This document shows positions 25,120 to 34,061 of a stretch of DNA of 64,000 nucleotides, piece by piece. The stretch covers positions 7,258-71,257 of the forward strand of contig JAFEBA010000018.1 in the NCBI GenBank assembly GCA_018266105.1, in the 5' to 3' direction. The position numbers and the translations under genes are program-made. How positions within the stretch are numbered: position 1 is the first letter of the stretch; each line of letters opens with the position of its first letter. The notes under the pieces are model-generated. The model was not told where the DNA came from and ran no database searches. It worked only from the letters and a program-made list of their open reading frames with translations. The stretch is from a bacterium. GTDB taxonomy: Bacteria > Vulcanimicrobiota > Xenobia > Xenobiales > JADMJV01.

Positions 25120-25692
25120 ATGGCTGTCGCTACCCTCACTCCTTTCGCTCCGGTCTGGAATCCCAACTGGTCGGCCCTACCCGCCAATCAGGCGGCCGAA
25201 GGCGGAGATGCGGGACCGGTCAGTGAGCCGGGCGACTCGGTCAGTTTGAGCGGATTGGGACCAAGGCTGGCCCAATCCACTTTGGAGGCAGCCGCCTGCA
25301 ATCAAGATTTGAGTCGGCAGCGTTGCTATCATTTCGTGAAAGAAGGCCTGGCGGCCGAAGGCATTGAGTTGACCGGCAAGCCCGCTTATCTGGCCGCCAA
25401 TCAGCTGGCCCGCAATCCGCATTTCCAGGAAGTGCGAGTCCCCCGCGATGAGCTGGCCGATCTGCCCGCCGGCGCGGTGGTGGTGTGGAATCGGAACGTC
25501 AAGGCGGGTCATCGCAACGGCCACATTTCGGTGGCTCTGGGGGATGGTCGCGAGGTCAGCGACCGCATTCGGCCCCAAGTGACCAATTATCGTTCACAGT
25601 ATCGAGTTTTTCTCCCTGAAGGAGCCACACTGGTGGCTCGTAACGGGGATTCGGCCGCCAGCGGCCTGCCGGCGGGTGGCGTGGTCGGCTAA
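25120..25692 (+). CDS. NlpC/P60-like papain-fold domain protein (190 aa), no obvious signal peptide.
   Basis: …RCYHFVKEGL… (catalytic Cys context) and …GAVVVWNRNVKAGHRNGHISVALGDGREVSD… match the GDLVFF…HVGIYLGNG pattern of NlpC/P60. Confidence 0.5.
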   Translation: MAVATLTPFAPVWNPNWSALPANQAAEGGDAGPVSEPGDSVSLSGLGPRLAQSTLEAAACNQDLSRQRCYHFVKEGLAAEGIELTGKPAYLAANQLARNPHFQEVRVPRDELADLPAGAVVVWNRNVKAGHRNGHISVALGDGREVSDRIRPQVTNYRSQYRVFLPEGATLVARNGDSAASGLPAGGVVG

Positions 25693-25707
25693 GTCGAAGG
25701 TTGGGCC

Positions 25708-28700
25708 ATGAGAAAGACTCTTCTGGCCGCCCTGCTTTGTGGCGCCGCGGCCTGGGCTTTACCTGAGGGCGGGCAGGTGATCCAGGGCAATCTTCAGATG
25801 ACCCAGCCCTCGGCCAACATTCTGCAGATTTTACAGTCCAGCCCCAGCGGAATTATCAACTGGAATTCGTTTAGCATCGATGCTCATCAGTTGGTGCAGT
25901 TTCTCCAGCCCAATTCGGCTGCGGCCGTGCTGAATCGGGTCGTGGGGCCGGAGCCGAGTCAGATTTTAGGGCAGCTGCAGGCCAACGGCCGGGTGCTTTT
26001 AATCAATCCCAACGGAATTTTATTTGGACCTGGAAGCGTGGTGGATACCGGCAGTTTCCTGGCCTCCACGCTCTCCATTACGGATTCGGACTTTCTACAG
26101 GGACGCTATAATTTGCAGTGGGATCCCAATACGCCCATGCGGGCGGTGGTCAACCAGGGTGAAATTCGCGTGGCCGACGGGGGTTTTCTGGCGCTGGTTT
26201 CGCCGGTGGTGGACAATCAAGGCTTGTTGGTTGCCCAGGGGGGTCAGGTGGTCTTGGGGGCAACCCGCCAGGCCAGTCTGACGTTGGACGCGCGCGGTTT
26301 GTTGACGGTGGTCATGCCGGACGGTTTTCGAGGACAGAGTTCGGGCCCGCCGGAAACGGTGCTTTTGTCGCAGAACCAGATGAGCGACGCGCTGGCTCAC
26401 GTGGTGAGTCTATCCAAGCAGGCCGAATCGATTGTGGAGACACCCCAGGGAATTCGGTTGGCCGGGGCCGAGGGGCTATTACTGCATCAGGGTGAGATTC
26501 GTGCCCAAGAAGTGCGTATGGATTCCAGTCAGGCCACTTTGCTGGATGCCGACAGCCTGGTGAGCGGCTCGGACCTTCGCATTTTCTCGGCGGGATCGGC
26601 TGTCTCCATGGGGCTTTTGCAGGCTGACTTTGTGGAGCTGAGCGGGGCCAGGGTGAGTCTGACGCGGGCTCCAGAGCTGGCCACGGGTGGGGTCCTGTTG
26701 TTGGATCCGAATAACATTTTTATTCGCGATACCGGCATCGGGCCGGATGTTACCCTGAGCACTTCGCCAGGAGTGGACGTGGATGTGCAGGCCAGCGCCT
26801 TGAACGTGACGGGCGGGGTCCTGCTGCAGGCGGATCAGGATATTTCGGTCGAGGTTCCCATCAACATCGACCGCAATACGCAGTTGCGCCTGGACGCGGG
26901 GCGAAATATCGTGATGCAGCCCGGCACTTCGGTCAATATGACCGATTCGGCAGCAGTTTTTACGGCCAACGCCACCGGGGCCGTGGATGTGCGCGAGCTG
27001 ACGGTCCCAACCGTGCATGTCAATGCCGGCACGTTCGCGCGTTTTGATGGAGGCACGGTGGGGGTGGCGGGCTTGCCCACCCTGGTCAACGTGACGGCTC
27101 CCAGCGTGCGCATCGCCACCGGGAATATCACCAATGTGGTGGGTACGGATGTAAATGTGACCTTTACGGCCAAACCCGCCGCTATTCCGGACGTGGGTTT
27201 GGAGCCAGATTCGCGGCTGAACGTGCTGGGCAGCAACTCCAACAATGTGACTCTGGCGGCCCCGGGTGGCAATGCCTTTCTGGACAGTAACGCCAATCTG
27301 GCGACCAGCAATGTACTCAGCCAGGTGATGGTGAGCGGGGCCAATGTGAATATGGTGACGGGCAGTCGCATCAGCGAGCCCAATGCGGGATCCACACTGG
27401 CTATCAATTCGGTCGACAAGAGCTCGCTGACCAGTTTGGAAGTCCCAAATGTGAATCTGCACGCGGGCAGCTTCATTCAGTTTTTGGGCGGGACGCTGGG
27501 CCAGGCCGCCAGCGACACGCTGATCACGGCCCTGGCGGATACGGGCGTGGTGACCGTGTTCGCCAATCGTCAGGTCGAGGTGGTGGGCCAGAACGCCCGC
27601 CTGGATATGACTTCCACCGGTGCCAATCTGAGCTTTGCCGACAATTCCACCCTGAATTTAAACGGTTCGACCAGCAATCGGCTGAACGCCACGGCCGGGG
27701 GCAATGAGGTTTACATCGGTCAGCAAACCCGCATCAATGCTCAAGGCCCGGCCCAACTGAACTTCAATGCGCCGGCCAGCTTTGTGGTGCAGCGCAATGA
27801 TGGGTCTATCAACATCAATGGCGCTGGCAATGTGAGCATGATGGCGGCCACCAATGTGGTGGTGCAGCCCGGCAGTAGCATCACCGCCTCGCGTTTTGAC
27901 GCGGGCGCGCAGAATGTATCCTTGGAGGGCACAGCCAACGTGCCGGTAGTCAACGCCACCGCCACGGCCCTGGGAGATTTGACTCTTAGCGGACAGGTGG
28001 GTCTGGCTGGTCAGCCCTTGCTCTACACCACCTCCGGCGGAGGCGTGTTTTTACACGACCTGACGCTCCAGGCCAGTCAGGTGGACTGGACCTTGAATTC
28101 CAGCGCGCGCAACATTGAAGTGACCTTGGGAACAGTGCTGGTGGGCGGCTCCAACAACCAGGTCAGCTGGACCTCCAATGCCTTTTTTGCCTTTGACGCC
28201 AACACAGTGGTCAGAGCGGACGGAGCCAGCCGCTTCAATTTTGTGTCCACCACCTCACGTCCAATCATGTCGGCCAACAGTACCATTTCCGCCACCGACC
28301 CGGCTTCCAGCCTTGCCTTTGCCAGTCCCTTTTCGCCTCAGCTGAACCGGGTGGTTTCGGGCGGTCAGCTGACGGTAGTGGCCACCGGTGGGGCGGGGTT
28401 GAACATCACCGACCAGCTGGTGGGCAATCAGGTGAACTTGTCTACCCCGGGCCGTTTGCTGGACGCCCGCACAGACAGCACGCCGGCCATTGTGGCCAGC
28501 AGTTTGCTGAACGTGACAGCGGCCAATATCTCGGGTCCGGTGGATGTGCCCGAAGCGGGTTTGGTGAGCGCACTGGTCTTCGCCACCGGTTCCGGGGCTC
28601 AGGTGCGCTTCAATGTGACGGGTCCCAACAACACCACCCTTGGCAATCGGGCCGCCAACCTGTTTTATGCATTTCCTCAGAGCAGCGACGTGCAGATCGT

Positions 28701-29127
28701 TCATCCTTCCGGGGATGTGCTGATCTACAGCCAGCCGCCTCCGGCCAGCAGCTCGGCTCAGATGATTCGGACTCGAGATGATTTGACGGCGGCTCAGTTC
28801 CAGCAAGTCACACAACAATCGGCTCAGGCTCAGGTGCAGTTGTCGAGTTTGTTTTCGGTGGCCGATCTTCCGGCTCTCAATGATGTGTTACTGCTGGAGT
28901 ATGAGAACCCTGGACTGACCGGGCCTTATTCCATCAGCTACATGACTTCGGCGGTGGTGGAGCGGGTGGTGCTGAGCCCTGAAGATGCGGCTCGCCAGCT
29001 TGGGCGCCGCGATCGGGATCGCCTGGACCGCTCAGATGCGGTCCTGATCGCGGGCAATGACGAAGATGAGGAACTGCTTTATTGGCGGCGCCTCATTCAG
29101 GGCTTCATCATCTGGGAAGACGAGTAG
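25708..29127 (+). CDS. Two-partner-secretion exoprotein (TpsA/filamentous-haemagglutinin-like) with an N-terminal TPS secretion domain and a beta-helical repeat body (1139 aa).
   Basis: Signal peptide, then LPEGGQVIQGNLQMTQPSANILQILQSSPSGIINWNSFSIDAHQLVQFLQPNSAAAVLNRVVGPEPSQILGQLQANGRVLLINPNGILFGPGSVVDTGSFLASTLSI, which is the haemagglutination-activity (TPS) domain. The remainder is a long T/N/V/G-rich repeat region typical of beta-helix passengers. Confidence 0.85.
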   Translation: MRKTLLAALLCGAAAWALPEGGQVIQGNLQMTQPSANILQILQSSPSGIINWNSFSIDAHQLVQFLQPNSAAAVLNRVVGPEPSQILGQLQANGRVLLINPNGILFGPGSVVDTGSFLASTLSITDSDFLQGRYNLQWDPNTPMRAVVNQGEIRVADGGFLALVSPVVDNQGLLVAQGGQVVLGATRQASLTLDARGLLTVVMPDGFRGQSSGPPETVLLSQNQMSDALAHVVSLSKQAESIVETPQGIRLAGAEGLLLHQGEIRAQEVRMDSSQATLLDADSLVSGSDLRIFSAGSAVSMGLLQADFVELSGARVSLTRAPELATGGVLLLDPNNIFIRDTGIGPDVTLSTSPGVDVDVQASALNVTGGVLLQADQDISVEVPINIDRNTQLRLDAGRNIVMQPGTSVNMTDSAAVFTANATGAVDVRELTVPTVHVNAGTFARFDGGTVGVAGLPTLVNVTAPSVRIATGNITNVVGTDVNVTFTAKPAAIPDVGLEPDSRLNVLGSNSNNVTLAAPGGNAFLDSNANLATSNVLSQVMVSGANVNMVTGSRISEPNAGSTLAINSVDKSSLTSLEVPNVNLHAGSFIQFLGGTLGQAASDTLITALADTGVVTVFANRQVEVVGQNARLDMTSTGANLSFADNSTLNLNGSTSNRLNATAGGNEVYIGQQTRINAQGPAQLNFNAPASFVVQRNDGSININGAGNVSMMAATNVVVQPGSSITASRFDAGAQNVSLEGTANVPVVNATATALGDLTLSGQVGLAGQPLLYTTSGGGVFLHDLTLQASQVDWTLNSSARNIEVTLGTVLVGGSNNQVSWTSNAFFAFDANTVVRADGASRFNFVSTTSRPIMSANSTISATDPASSLAFASPFSPQLNRVVSGGQLTVVATGGAGLNITDQLVGNQVNLSTPGRLLDARTDSTPAIVASSLLNVTAANISGPVDVPEAGLVSALVFATGSGAQVRFNVTGPNNTTLGNRAANLFYAFPQSSDVQIVHPSGDVLIYSQPPPASSSAQMIRTRDDLTAAQFQQVTQQSAQAQVQLSSLFSVADLPALNDVLLLEYENPGLTGPYSISYMTSAVVERVVLSPEDAARQLGRRDRDRLDRSDAVLIAGNDEDEELLYWRRLIQGFIIWEDE

Positions 29128-29130
29128 AGT

Positions 29131-29718
29131 CTACTTTTTATACAGGGCCATATAGTCGAAGATGACTTTGCGCCCGGCCGGCCGGAGATCTTGTTTGAGC
29201 TGCTTGTCGGCGAAGACCGGGGCCACGTAGCTCCACAGCGAGGTGCGGCCCCCAAAGTTCTTTTGCGCTTCAATGAGTTCGGTGACGATGGCTACGGTGA
29301 AGCTGGGGCCGAGCTTGCGGCGGGCCTGTTGAGCCAGGGCCAGGGCTCCGTCCACGTGATTGTAGTCGTCCAGCGCGGTGAGGTAGGCCAGGCAGAAGCG
29401 CTCTTCAGGATTGAGGCGCTTCTGGATTTCAGCCGGGTCGGTGGTCTTGTATTTCTGTGCGAGGATCTCCAGGAAGAGTTTGGCGTTCTCTTTGTTGTTG
29501 ATGTTCCAGCTCAGGGCGTTGATGACGGCCGCCTTTTTGTCGATGGGGGCTTTGGAGGTCAGGTAGATTCCCAAACGAGTGTTGAGGCGCTCAATGTCGT
29601 GTGCCATCACCACTTCGGGGACGTCTTTGTAGGAGGTCCAGAAATCGGTGGAGGTGAGGGGAGAATCGGCCCAACCGCAGGTGGGGGCCAGCATACACAG
29701 CAACAGAAATTTCTTCAT
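29131..29718 (-). CDS. Secreted or lipoprotein-like hypothetical protein (195 aa).
   Basis: N-terminal MKKFLLLCMLAPTCGWA: signal peptide with a Cys near the cleavage site. Confidence 0.55.
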   Translation of the reverse strand: MKKFLLLCMLAPTCGWADSPLTSTDFWTSYKDVPEVVMAHDIERLNTRLGIYLTSKAPIDKKAAVINALSWNINNKENAKLFLEILAQKYKTTDPAEIQKRLNPEERFCLAYLTALDDYNHVDGALALAQQARRKLGPSFTVAIVTELIEAQKNFGGRTSLWSYVAPVFADKQLKQDLRPAGRKVIFDYMALYKK

Positions 29719-29769
29719 GGGAACCTGTTCTGCGCTGCATCGTCCCTTTACCTTCAGGCCTTCGTGGCC

Positions 29770-30264
29770 TTATTTAGGAGGCTTGAACTCCCAGAGTATC
29801 CGTCGGTTGAGGTCGACCACGTCGACCGGGCGACACATTTTTCCCAGAGCCGGGGCGGTGTCTTTGTGTTCTTTGAAGTAGTTGGGGTTGGCGCAGATTT
29901 CGTAGCAAATCCTCATCCAGTTGTTGGGCACGGCCATCCAATTGGAGGGCTTTTCTTCTGTCTCCAGTCTTCCGTCCTTAAAGATACGGTAGGCTTTGTA
30001 GGTGCGTAGCTCCTTCGACTGGGTGTTGAAGTCCATGGTGAAGACATAAAAGTCCACGTTCTGAGGGTGATTCTCGAATTGTTCGATCACCCTGAGTCGG
30101 CTGGTGCCGTCAGGCAGTTGCTGAATCTTCGGATCGGCCGTAATCAGGATGCGGTTGGGGGCTTCGCCAGCGCCGAAGACCAGATGCCAGGTGGTCACGC
30201 CTTCGGGAGCCGCCAGGGCCAGTTTCCCGCTGAGCAGAAATGCGAAAAGAGTCAGGCGTTTCAA
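29770..30264 (-). CDS. Secreted hypothetical protein (164 aa).
   Basis: Signal peptide MKRLTLFAFLLSGKLALA. ATGA overlap with the upstream gene. Confidence 0.55.
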   Translation of the reverse strand: MKRLTLFAFLLSGKLALAAPEGVTTWHLVFGAGEAPNRILITADPKIQQLPDGTSRLRVIEQFENHPQNVDFYVFTMDFNTQSKELRTYKAYRIFKDGRLETEEKPSNWMAVPNNWMRICYEICANPNYFKEHKDTAPALGKMCRPVDVVDLNRRILWEFKPPK

Positions 30265-30950
30265 TCGAAGGTCCCCAGGTCGGTCACGGGCTGGTCGGCC
30301 TCCACCGTGACCATTCGTACGATGTAGTGGTCCAGGTCGATCTCGCGACTGGGCCCGTCTTTGTAGATGCTTTCGCTTGAGAATCCGATGGGCACGTTAT
30401 TGAGGTAGGTTGTAGTGGTCATTTCCCCCTGGTATTCGTGATTGTAGACTTCCGTTTTGTAGGGGATGGTGGCCATCAGCAGATACTTGCCGGGCTTGAG
30501 AGCCCGGAAGCGAAAGTTTCCTTCTTCATCCGTCATCACGCGCGCCGACCAGCCTTCGGCCTGTGGGTCCAACTTGCTCAACACCACGTAGAACAGCTGG
30601 TCGTCGGCAACCCCCTCGGTGACGGCCTTGACGTGACCGGTCATGGGTAGCAGATAGACCACGAGGTTGTTGCCATACTTGCGTTTCTCGAAGAACGAGA
30701 TGAGGGCTTTGCGACCATTGGTGACGGTGAAGATGCGCCCCGTCAGGCTGGCTTCGCCCGGCGCTAACAGCTCCTCGGCCTCGGCCGGGTTGAAGAGGGG
30801 TCTGGTGGAGGGTTGAGCCTGGACGCTGGCCAGACAGGCCAGGACGAGGAGGCCCGCCGCAAGGTTTCTGAGTGATGCTTTCACGGTTGTAGAGTTTAGC
30901 AAAGGCGTGGGCTCAGCACAAGAAACCTGGAGCTGACTGTGCCTTCGCAT
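30261..30950 (-). CDS. Secreted protein with a carboxypeptidase-regulatory-like (CarbopepD_reg) beta-sandwich motif.
   Basis: …DEEGNFRFRALKPGKYLLMA… matches the DxxGxFxFxxLxPGxYxL motif. A hydrophobic signal segment lies near the N-terminus. Confidence 0.5.
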   Translation of the reverse strand: MRRHSQLQVSCAEPTPLLNSTTVKASLRNLAAGLLVLACLASVQAQPSTRPLFNPAEAEELLAPGEASLTGRIFTVTNGRKALISFFEKRKYGNNLVVYLLPMTGHVKAVTEGVADDQLFYVVLSKLDPQAEGWSARVMTDEEGNFRFRALKPGKYLLMATIPYKTEVYNHEYQGEMTTTTYLNNVPIGFSSESIYKDGPSREIDLDHYIVRMVTVEADQPVTDLGTFD

Positions 30951-30953
30951 CGA

Positions 30954-31955
30954 CTAGCCGACAAAAGCCCAGAGTCCGTCCAGCTTGTCGCCGATGGTAT
31001 TGGTGTTGTTGAATTTCTGGGCTCGGCCATAGTGGTCGGTGTGATTTTGGTCGACATAGACCACGTGGTGGCCGCCGTGGGCGTAGACTCCGTCGTATTT
31101 GTTGATCTCGGAGGCCTTGATGGCTTTGACGTGGCCTTCCAGGCCCAGGTATTTAACGGCGCTACTGGCGCTGTAGCCGTCGCCCATATCCTGGAACGCG
31201 TCAGCCAGACTGATGTGGCGACTGCGGGCCTCGCGCTTGGCGATGACTGCGTAGCAAAGGGTGGCCATGGATTTGACCTCGGAAGGCTTGCCGTCGTAGT
31301 TGGTGGCGTGACCGGCCTGGCGCAGTTCGGCGTGGGAGATGTGGACGCTCGAGCCATTGCGCAGGCGCACCTTGTAGCCGTCGCTGTCTTTGCTGACGTG
31401 GTCGAAGACTTCGCCCTCGAAGTGGTCGAGTGCGGCCTTGATGACTCCGGTGGAGACGCAATTGCCAATGTTATTCTGTCCGAACTGGCTGAAAATCGCG
31501 TCAAATCCTGCCTGTTCGCGTTCGCTACCGTGACCGTTGGCCACCCCCTGGATGGCTTTGTCAAGCATTTGTTCGTCTTGCACACCCCATTCGCCCAGGT
31601 GTCCCAGCGAGCGTCCGTGCAGGCCGGTGCTGTGATCAATCGGCCCGGGTGACTCGGGCCTGGTTTCGCGCTGAGGGGCGACTTCCGTCACAGCCGCCTG
31701 CGTTTTGGCCTGGGGGATGGCGGCGTTGGGAACCGGGTTCATCAGACCGGCGAGCAGGGCGGCCAGCTGGTCGGCGATTTGCAGCATCACGGTCTGGCTG
31801 TCGATCATCAGGGCCTGAGGTAGAATGGGTGACACCTGCGGTGCGGGCTGGGCGCTGAGTATAGATGGAATCCAGACCACCGGGGTATTGCCGTAGACCG
31901 GAACCGTGTTGCTGACAAACATTCTTTGTGCCTCCTCGAGTTTCTCTGGCATCAA
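30954..31955 (-). CDS. Hypothetical protein (333 aa), possibly a Cys/His hydrolase. First gene of a four-gene minus-strand operon of exported proteins.
   Basis: GNCVSTGVIKA… and a distal …AHGGHHVVYVDQNH…D. The Cys–His spacing is longer than in NlpC/P60, so the fold assignment is uncertain. Confidence 0.45.
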   Translation of the reverse strand: MMPEKLEEAQRMFVSNTVPVYGNTPVVWIPSILSAQPAPQVSPILPQALMIDSQTVMLQIADQLAALLAGLMNPVPNAAIPQAKTQAAVTEVAPQRETRPESPGPIDHSTGLHGRSLGHLGEWGVQDEQMLDKAIQGVANGHGSEREQAGFDAIFSQFGQNNIGNCVSTGVIKAALDHFEGEVFDHVSKDSDGYKVRLRNGSSVHISHAELRQAGHATNYDGKPSEVKSMATLCYAVIAKREARSRHISLADAFQDMGDGYSASSAVKYLGLEGHVKAIKASEINKYDGVYAHGGHHVVYVDQNHTDHYGRAQKFNNTNTIGDKLDGLWAFVG

Positions 31956-32044
31956 AGTAACTTCGAGGTTGGGGCGGGACCTGGGCGATAACCTTCGCAG
32001 GTTAGCGATTTGTAACTGGATGGTGAATAAGTTGTGTCAGCGCT

Positions 32045-32758
32045 TCAGGTTTGGGTCACCCACAAGTAGAAGACGCCGCCTAGGATGGCGCAACCCATGA
32101 GGGCGAGGAAGACGCCAAAGAATTTGAAGCACCCATCCAGATTGCCGGCTGAGGCCGGATCGCGTGGGGAGGCTGGAGCACATCCGATTGAGACTTTTCC
32201 ATCGGGACCGAGAGTGGCAACCATGGTGCCCACCTGCACGCCGCAGTCGAAGTGATCAAGTCCGAGCGTACTGGCGATCTCTTTGGACCTTTCCAATGGA
32301 GGGATCGGGTCGAAGGACGAAACGCGCACCATCTGGGCGGATTTGGTCACCAGGCAGACGGCGTAAAGCCATTGTCGGCCGGCCTTGCTGTCCCACCAGT
32401 GGCTCATGACCCCGGCTGCGTAGAGTTTGGAGAATTCGCAGACGCGGGTCTTAAAGACCTTTCCGAAAATGTTGCGCACAATTTCCAGCTGTTGGGTGTG
32501 GGGATTCAGCTGGTAGCGCACGTCGTAGTTGACTTTGAGCCAGTAACCGACGGCCCAGATGCAGGTCATGGCCGCAATGAACGGCATCAGAGGAAAATCA
32601 GCCCAGATGGGAGGGCGTCCGTTTTTGCCTGGACAAACAAAGAGAAACCAGATTCCAAAAGTGGTGAATGCCATGCTCGGGGCCGAGCCCAGAAACCCAA
32701 AGACTTGCTCCAGCGGACTGTCGTAGTCCAGGTCGATCACTTCGCCAGCGTTGCTCAT
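32045..32758 (-). CDS. Integral membrane hypothetical protein (237 aa).
   Basis: Several hydrophobic helices (FTTFGIWFLFVCPG; FIAAMTCIWAVGYWL; FFGVFLALMGCAILGGVFYLWV). Confidence 0.5.
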   Translation of the reverse strand: MSNAGEVIDLDYDSPLEQVFGFLGSAPSMAFTTFGIWFLFVCPGKNGRPPIWADFPLMPFIAAMTCIWAVGYWLKVNYDVRYQLNPHTQQLEIVRNIFGKVFKTRVCEFSKLYAAGVMSHWWDSKAGRQWLYAVCLVTKSAQMVRVSSFDPIPPLERSKEIASTLGLDHFDCGVQVGTMVATLGPDGKVSIGCAPASPRDPASAGNLDGCFKFFGVFLALMGCAILGGVFYLWVTQT

Positions 32759-32829
32759 GGTTCGTCTCGATTCGACGCAACCATGAGTTTTTCCCGGGCC
32801 CTCTCTACCGCCTCCGGGAGTCGAGCAGT

Positions 32830-33177
32830 TTAGAGTTCCACCAAAATTTGGAAGCCGCCGTAGATCATTCGATTCCCGTCAAAAGGCATCGGCATGCACT
32901 TCATGCGCTCATCCTCCATGAACTTCTTCATTCCTTCATCGCGCACGCTTTTGGAGGGCCAGCGAACCCAGGAAAAGACAACGTTCTCTTGGGGTTCCAA
33001 CTGCACAGCCAGGGGGAAAGATGTCCGCTGGCCCGGCGGCACGTCCTCTCCCCAGGCTTCCACCACGCCCAGGGCGCCATATTCTTTGAAGATGGCGGCG
33101 GCGGTTTGGGCCAGTTGGCGGTATTCTTCCTTCTGGGCGGTGGGCACGGGCACCACGAATCCGTCGATGTAGTCCAT
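32830..33177 (-). CDS. DUF1428 family protein (about 116 aa from MDYIDGFV…).
   Basis: MDYIDGFVVPVP…FKEYGALGVVEAWGEDVP…VVFSWVRWPSKSVRDEGMKKFMEDERM…MPFDGNRMIYGGFQ follows the DUF1428 consensus closely. The track ORF has 27 extra N-terminal codons. Confidence 0.7.
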   Translation of the reverse strand: MDYIDGFVVPVPTAQKEEYRQLAQTAAAIFKEYGALGVVEAWGEDVPPGQRTSFPLAVQLEPQENVVFSWVRWPSKSVRDEGMKKFMEDERMKCMPMPFDGNRMIYGGFQILVEL

Positions 33178-33297
33178 ATCGTTCTCCTTCACAATCGGGT
33201 TGATGCGAAGTGGTCGAACGAGGGCGGTGCTAATCGACATTCGCTCGCAGAGGCGCACCCGCCCTACGGAGCAGAACCGTTTTTGAACTCCTTGTGC

Positions 33298-33741
33298 CTA
33301 CTGGGTGATTGTGATTTCCAGGGGGGTGGCTAGGTGACTTCCATTGGAGGCCCGGATAATTCTCATCCAATAGCGGCCGGGCACCGCGTAGGGAATGAAG
33401 GCGAAGGCCAGGGACTTGGAATCCATACTGCCACCGATACGTTGGTTCTGAAGCTCAACCTCGGAACCATCTTCTTTTTGCTGGACCCAGGAGACATGGA
33501 TGCCGTCACTGCGATCCAGGCTGAGCGGAGGATTGAAGTCGATCCAAAAAAGCAGCCGATTTCCGTTGATTGAATTGAGCTGGTAGGTGTTTCCCGAGTG
33601 CGGCGTGCCCGCACCCAGAGCATAGCTGACCACATCCGTGGGCGAATCCTTGTCCTTCACCTTAAAGCTGTCGCACCAGGTTAACCTGCCGTCGGCGAAT
33701 GCAGAGACGGTCAGGGCCAGACAGAGTAAATACTTCAGCAT
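33298..33741 (-). CDS. Secreted hypothetical protein (147 aa).
   Basis: Signal peptide MLKYLLCLALTVSAFA. Confidence 0.5.
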   Translation of the reverse strand: MLKYLLCLALTVSAFADGRLTWCDSFKVKDKDSPTDVVSYALGAGTPHSGNTYQLNSINGNRLLFWIDFNPPLSLDRSDGIHVSWVQQKEDGSEVELQNQRIGGSMDSKSLAFAFIPYAVPGRYWMRIIRASNGSHLATPLEITITQ

Positions 33742-33802
33742 ACGGGCGGGTTCGAAGGATAACGTGCAAAAGCCTGGCTGCTACGGGAGCGAGGGGGAAA
33801 CA

Positions 33803-33834
33803 AAAAAGCCTCCCCTGGGGAGGCTTTTCGACCC
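33803..33834 (-). terminator. Hairpin plus T-tract terminator downstream of the tRNA-Gln pair (GC-rich stem readable on both strands).
   Basis: The plus strand reads aaaaaaGCCTCCCCtggGGAGGCtttt. The reverse strand gives the hairpin followed by TTTTTT. Confidence 0.5.
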
Positions 33835-33854
33835 GTTGACTGGTCTTTTGATGG

Positions 33855-33929
33855 TGGCTGCCCAGGTAGGGATCGAACCTACGAATGACGGATTCAGAGA
33901 CCGTTGCCTTACCACTTGGCTACTGGGCA
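33855..33929 (-). tRNA. tRNA-Gln(CTG): tRNA-Gln (anticodon CUG), with CCA encoded.
   Basis: Reverse complement: TGCCCAGTAGCCAAGTGGTAAGGCAACGGTCTCTGAATCCGTCATTCGTAGGTTCGATCCCTACCTGGGCAGCCA. The acceptor stem pairs, the T-arm reads GTAGG-TTCGATC-CCTAC, and the anticodon loop CUCUGAA gives CUG. Overall layout parallels E. coli tRNA-Gln. Confidence 0.8.
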
Positions 33930-33948
33930 ATATGACGATGTAAAAGAC

Positions 33949-34020
33949 CTGGCCAGGTTGGGATCGAACCAACGAATGCCGCTTCCAAAGAGCGGTGCCT
34001 TACCACTTGGCTACTGGCCA
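33949..34020 (-). tRNA. tRNA-Gln(TTG): tRNA-Gln (anticodon UUG).
   Basis: Reverse complement: TGGCCAGTAGCCAAGTGGTAAGGCACCGCTCTTTGGAAGCGGCATTCGTTGGTTCGATCCCAACCTGGCCAG. Anticodon stem CCGCT/AGCGG, loop CUUUGGA giving UUG, T-arm GTTGG-TTCGATC-CCAAC. Confidence 0.8.
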
Positions 34021-34061
34021 ACGAGTTGACCACGCCATACTAATGATTTTCCCCCTTCAGG

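Noticed and set aside
26479-27476. Long minus-strand ORFs (327 aa and 213 aa) inside the TpsA gene.
   Set aside because: Antisense of the Thr/Asn/Val/Gly repeat region; no independent coding evidence.
29124-29143. GTAGAGTCTAC hairpin plus T-run between the convergent TpsA and lipoprotein genes, considered as a terminator.
   Set aside because: The stem is only 5 bp and lies across both stop codons. It could act as a bidirectional terminator, but this is too weak to call.
33638-33972. ORFs 33638..33943 (+) and 33781..33972 (-) from the track.
   Set aside because: They run straight through the two tRNA-Gln genes and the terminator hairpin.
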